From Flectonema sp. DT1601 (lineage: Eukaryota), in the NCBI GenBank assembly GCA_964019425.1, contig OZ025802.1:558001-622000 (forward strand): a stretch of 64,000 nt of DNA. The letters are read 5' to 3'. The translations under genes were made by a program, and so were the position numbers. Below the pieces are notes generated by a model, which ran no database searches, was not told the origin of the DNA, and worked only from the letters and a program-made list of their open reading frames with translations. Of the stretch, positions 62,716 through 64,000 are shown one piece after another (within the stretch, counting starts at the first letter, position 1; each line of letters begins with the position of its first letter).

Positions 62716-62863
62716 GCAGAGGGTGGGGGAACTGTATGTTCGATTTTGTAAAAATTACAACTGTGGTGTATCATAAAAAACATAAATATAAATTAGTATT
62801 AGTTTCAGATACAGTGACTAAGGTTAATGCTCAACTTAGCATAATAAAGTAGCAAGGGGGGAA
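62716..62863. repeat. Dispersed ~130-bp element, copy 5, bounded by G-run direct repeats
   Basis: TTTGTAAAAATTACAACTGTGGTGTATC...GATACAGTGACTAAGGTTAATGCTCAACTTAGC, flanked by GCAGAGGGTGGGGGAA and GCAAGGGGGGAA. Confidence 0.8.
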
Positions 62864-64000
62864 GGTGAGTTATCATAACAAAATTATCAATTAATCAATC
62901 AATTGAGCTTAGTTAAGCTAGCAATTTCAACAAGTCACTGAGAACAAGTTAAAGTTAGAGGCTCAAAGAGAATGGGGTAGCTCTTCAAAGCTCCTCAATA
63001 GCAAGGTAGTAGATGCAACTCAATCCCTGAAAGGATTATTTAATTTCAGAACAGGGCATACAAAATCAAGAGATCTGTAACCACAATGTGTTCACCATAA
63101 CTGGACCATTAGCAGCAAAACTTTGTGAAAAAAAAAAAAAAAAAAAAGAGCGGAAAAGAAAGAAAAAAAAAAAAATTAAAATAATTACTTATTTATAACG
63201 TGACATGTTATGTACTAATTAAATAAATAAATAAAAGTGAAAACTGGGGGATGGGGTAGGGAATTTAGATAAATAAATCAAAGGAAAGGTTTTTTTTTTT
63301 TTTTAAATGTATTAATTTCCTGAACTAAGACATCCACGTTACCTTGAGTTGTGATATTCCGCAAATTGGAACTATTCACCTTCTACTCAACTCAATAAGA
63401 CCTCAGTGGGAGGGACCTGTACCATAGAAAACTGTAAGTGAATTCAGGTATCCCTTAGCCCTTTAGCCAGGCTAACCGATGCTTGTTTTCTTCTTTAAGG
63501 GTGAGGGAGAGGGAGGGGAAAAAAAAACCGATCGGTAAGGTTAAATTAGTACCTCTATTGACATTCTTGCACGTCAATTAGAAAGCAAAGGAATATAACT
63601 AGGCATAGTATGCAAGACAACAAAAGTGATAGTTGGGAAAGGAAACAACGCAAGTAATAGCGACAGCGGTGTTTACATTAATGCAAACAGAGGTCAACTT
63701 AGAAGGTCCAAATCATTGCAGATAGATATTCTATTTTTTTTTTTTTTTTTTTTTTTCTTTTTCCTTGTTTTCCATTCCCCCACACCTCTGTGAATTTCAA
63801 TGACTGTAGTACTGTCAGCCACGAGGACAGATTTCAGGGAAGGAGGAAAAAGAAAAAAAAAATATATATATATACGGAGAAGACGTTACAAATAACGACA
63901 AAGGAACAGACTCATAATAGCATCCGGTCTTTTATTCGTCAATCTAACGAAGAACAGAAATATGACGAAGAATTACTAAAAGTGTGATACCTGCCCATCC

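Noticed and set aside
1..64000. Alternative genetic code, stop readthrough or non-canonical introns
   Set aside because: Every ORF break is explained by canonical GT-AG introns, and all three stop codons terminate genes normally.
1..64000. tRNA, rRNA, transposase or reverse-transcriptase genes
   Set aside because: No cloverleaf, rRNA signature, or RT/DDE/TnpB-Fanzor motif recognised by eye.

Overview
AT-rich eukaryotic (protist) genomic DNA, not prokaryotic. All 16-17 supportable protein genes lie on the minus strand, some only 77-215 bp apart. They carry short GT-AG introns and are separated by homopolymer-rich intergenic DNA. This fits a euglenozoan polycistronic, trans-spliced gene cluster; the frequent cis-introns point to a diplonemid (inference). 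I joined several ORF-track pieces by hand through 12 introns. Genes, by ascending coordinate: partial MMPL/RND transporter; EF-hand NADPH oxidase; WD40 + 36-aa-repeat + basic + PDZ protein; Tudor-like/Cdt1-like protein; actin-related protein; Ubl-ankyrin protein; ~2657-aa RBR E3 ligase; CDK20-like kinase; Old Yellow Enzyme homolog lacking catalytic residues; two double cold-shock-domain paralogs; PAN/apple membrane protein; RBPMS-like RRM protein (separated from the PAN gene by ~14.8 kb of non-coding DNA); small hypothetical ORF; thiolase; RluA pseudouridine synthase; DUF218 protein. The most interesting non-coding signals are (i) a dispersed ~130-bp element (5 clear copies plus fragments) with a covarying stem and G-run-ended flanking direct repeats, and (ii) cis-intron acceptors that are A/C-rich and lack a polypyrimidine tract, unlike the pyrimidine-rich AG sites just upstream of several start codons.
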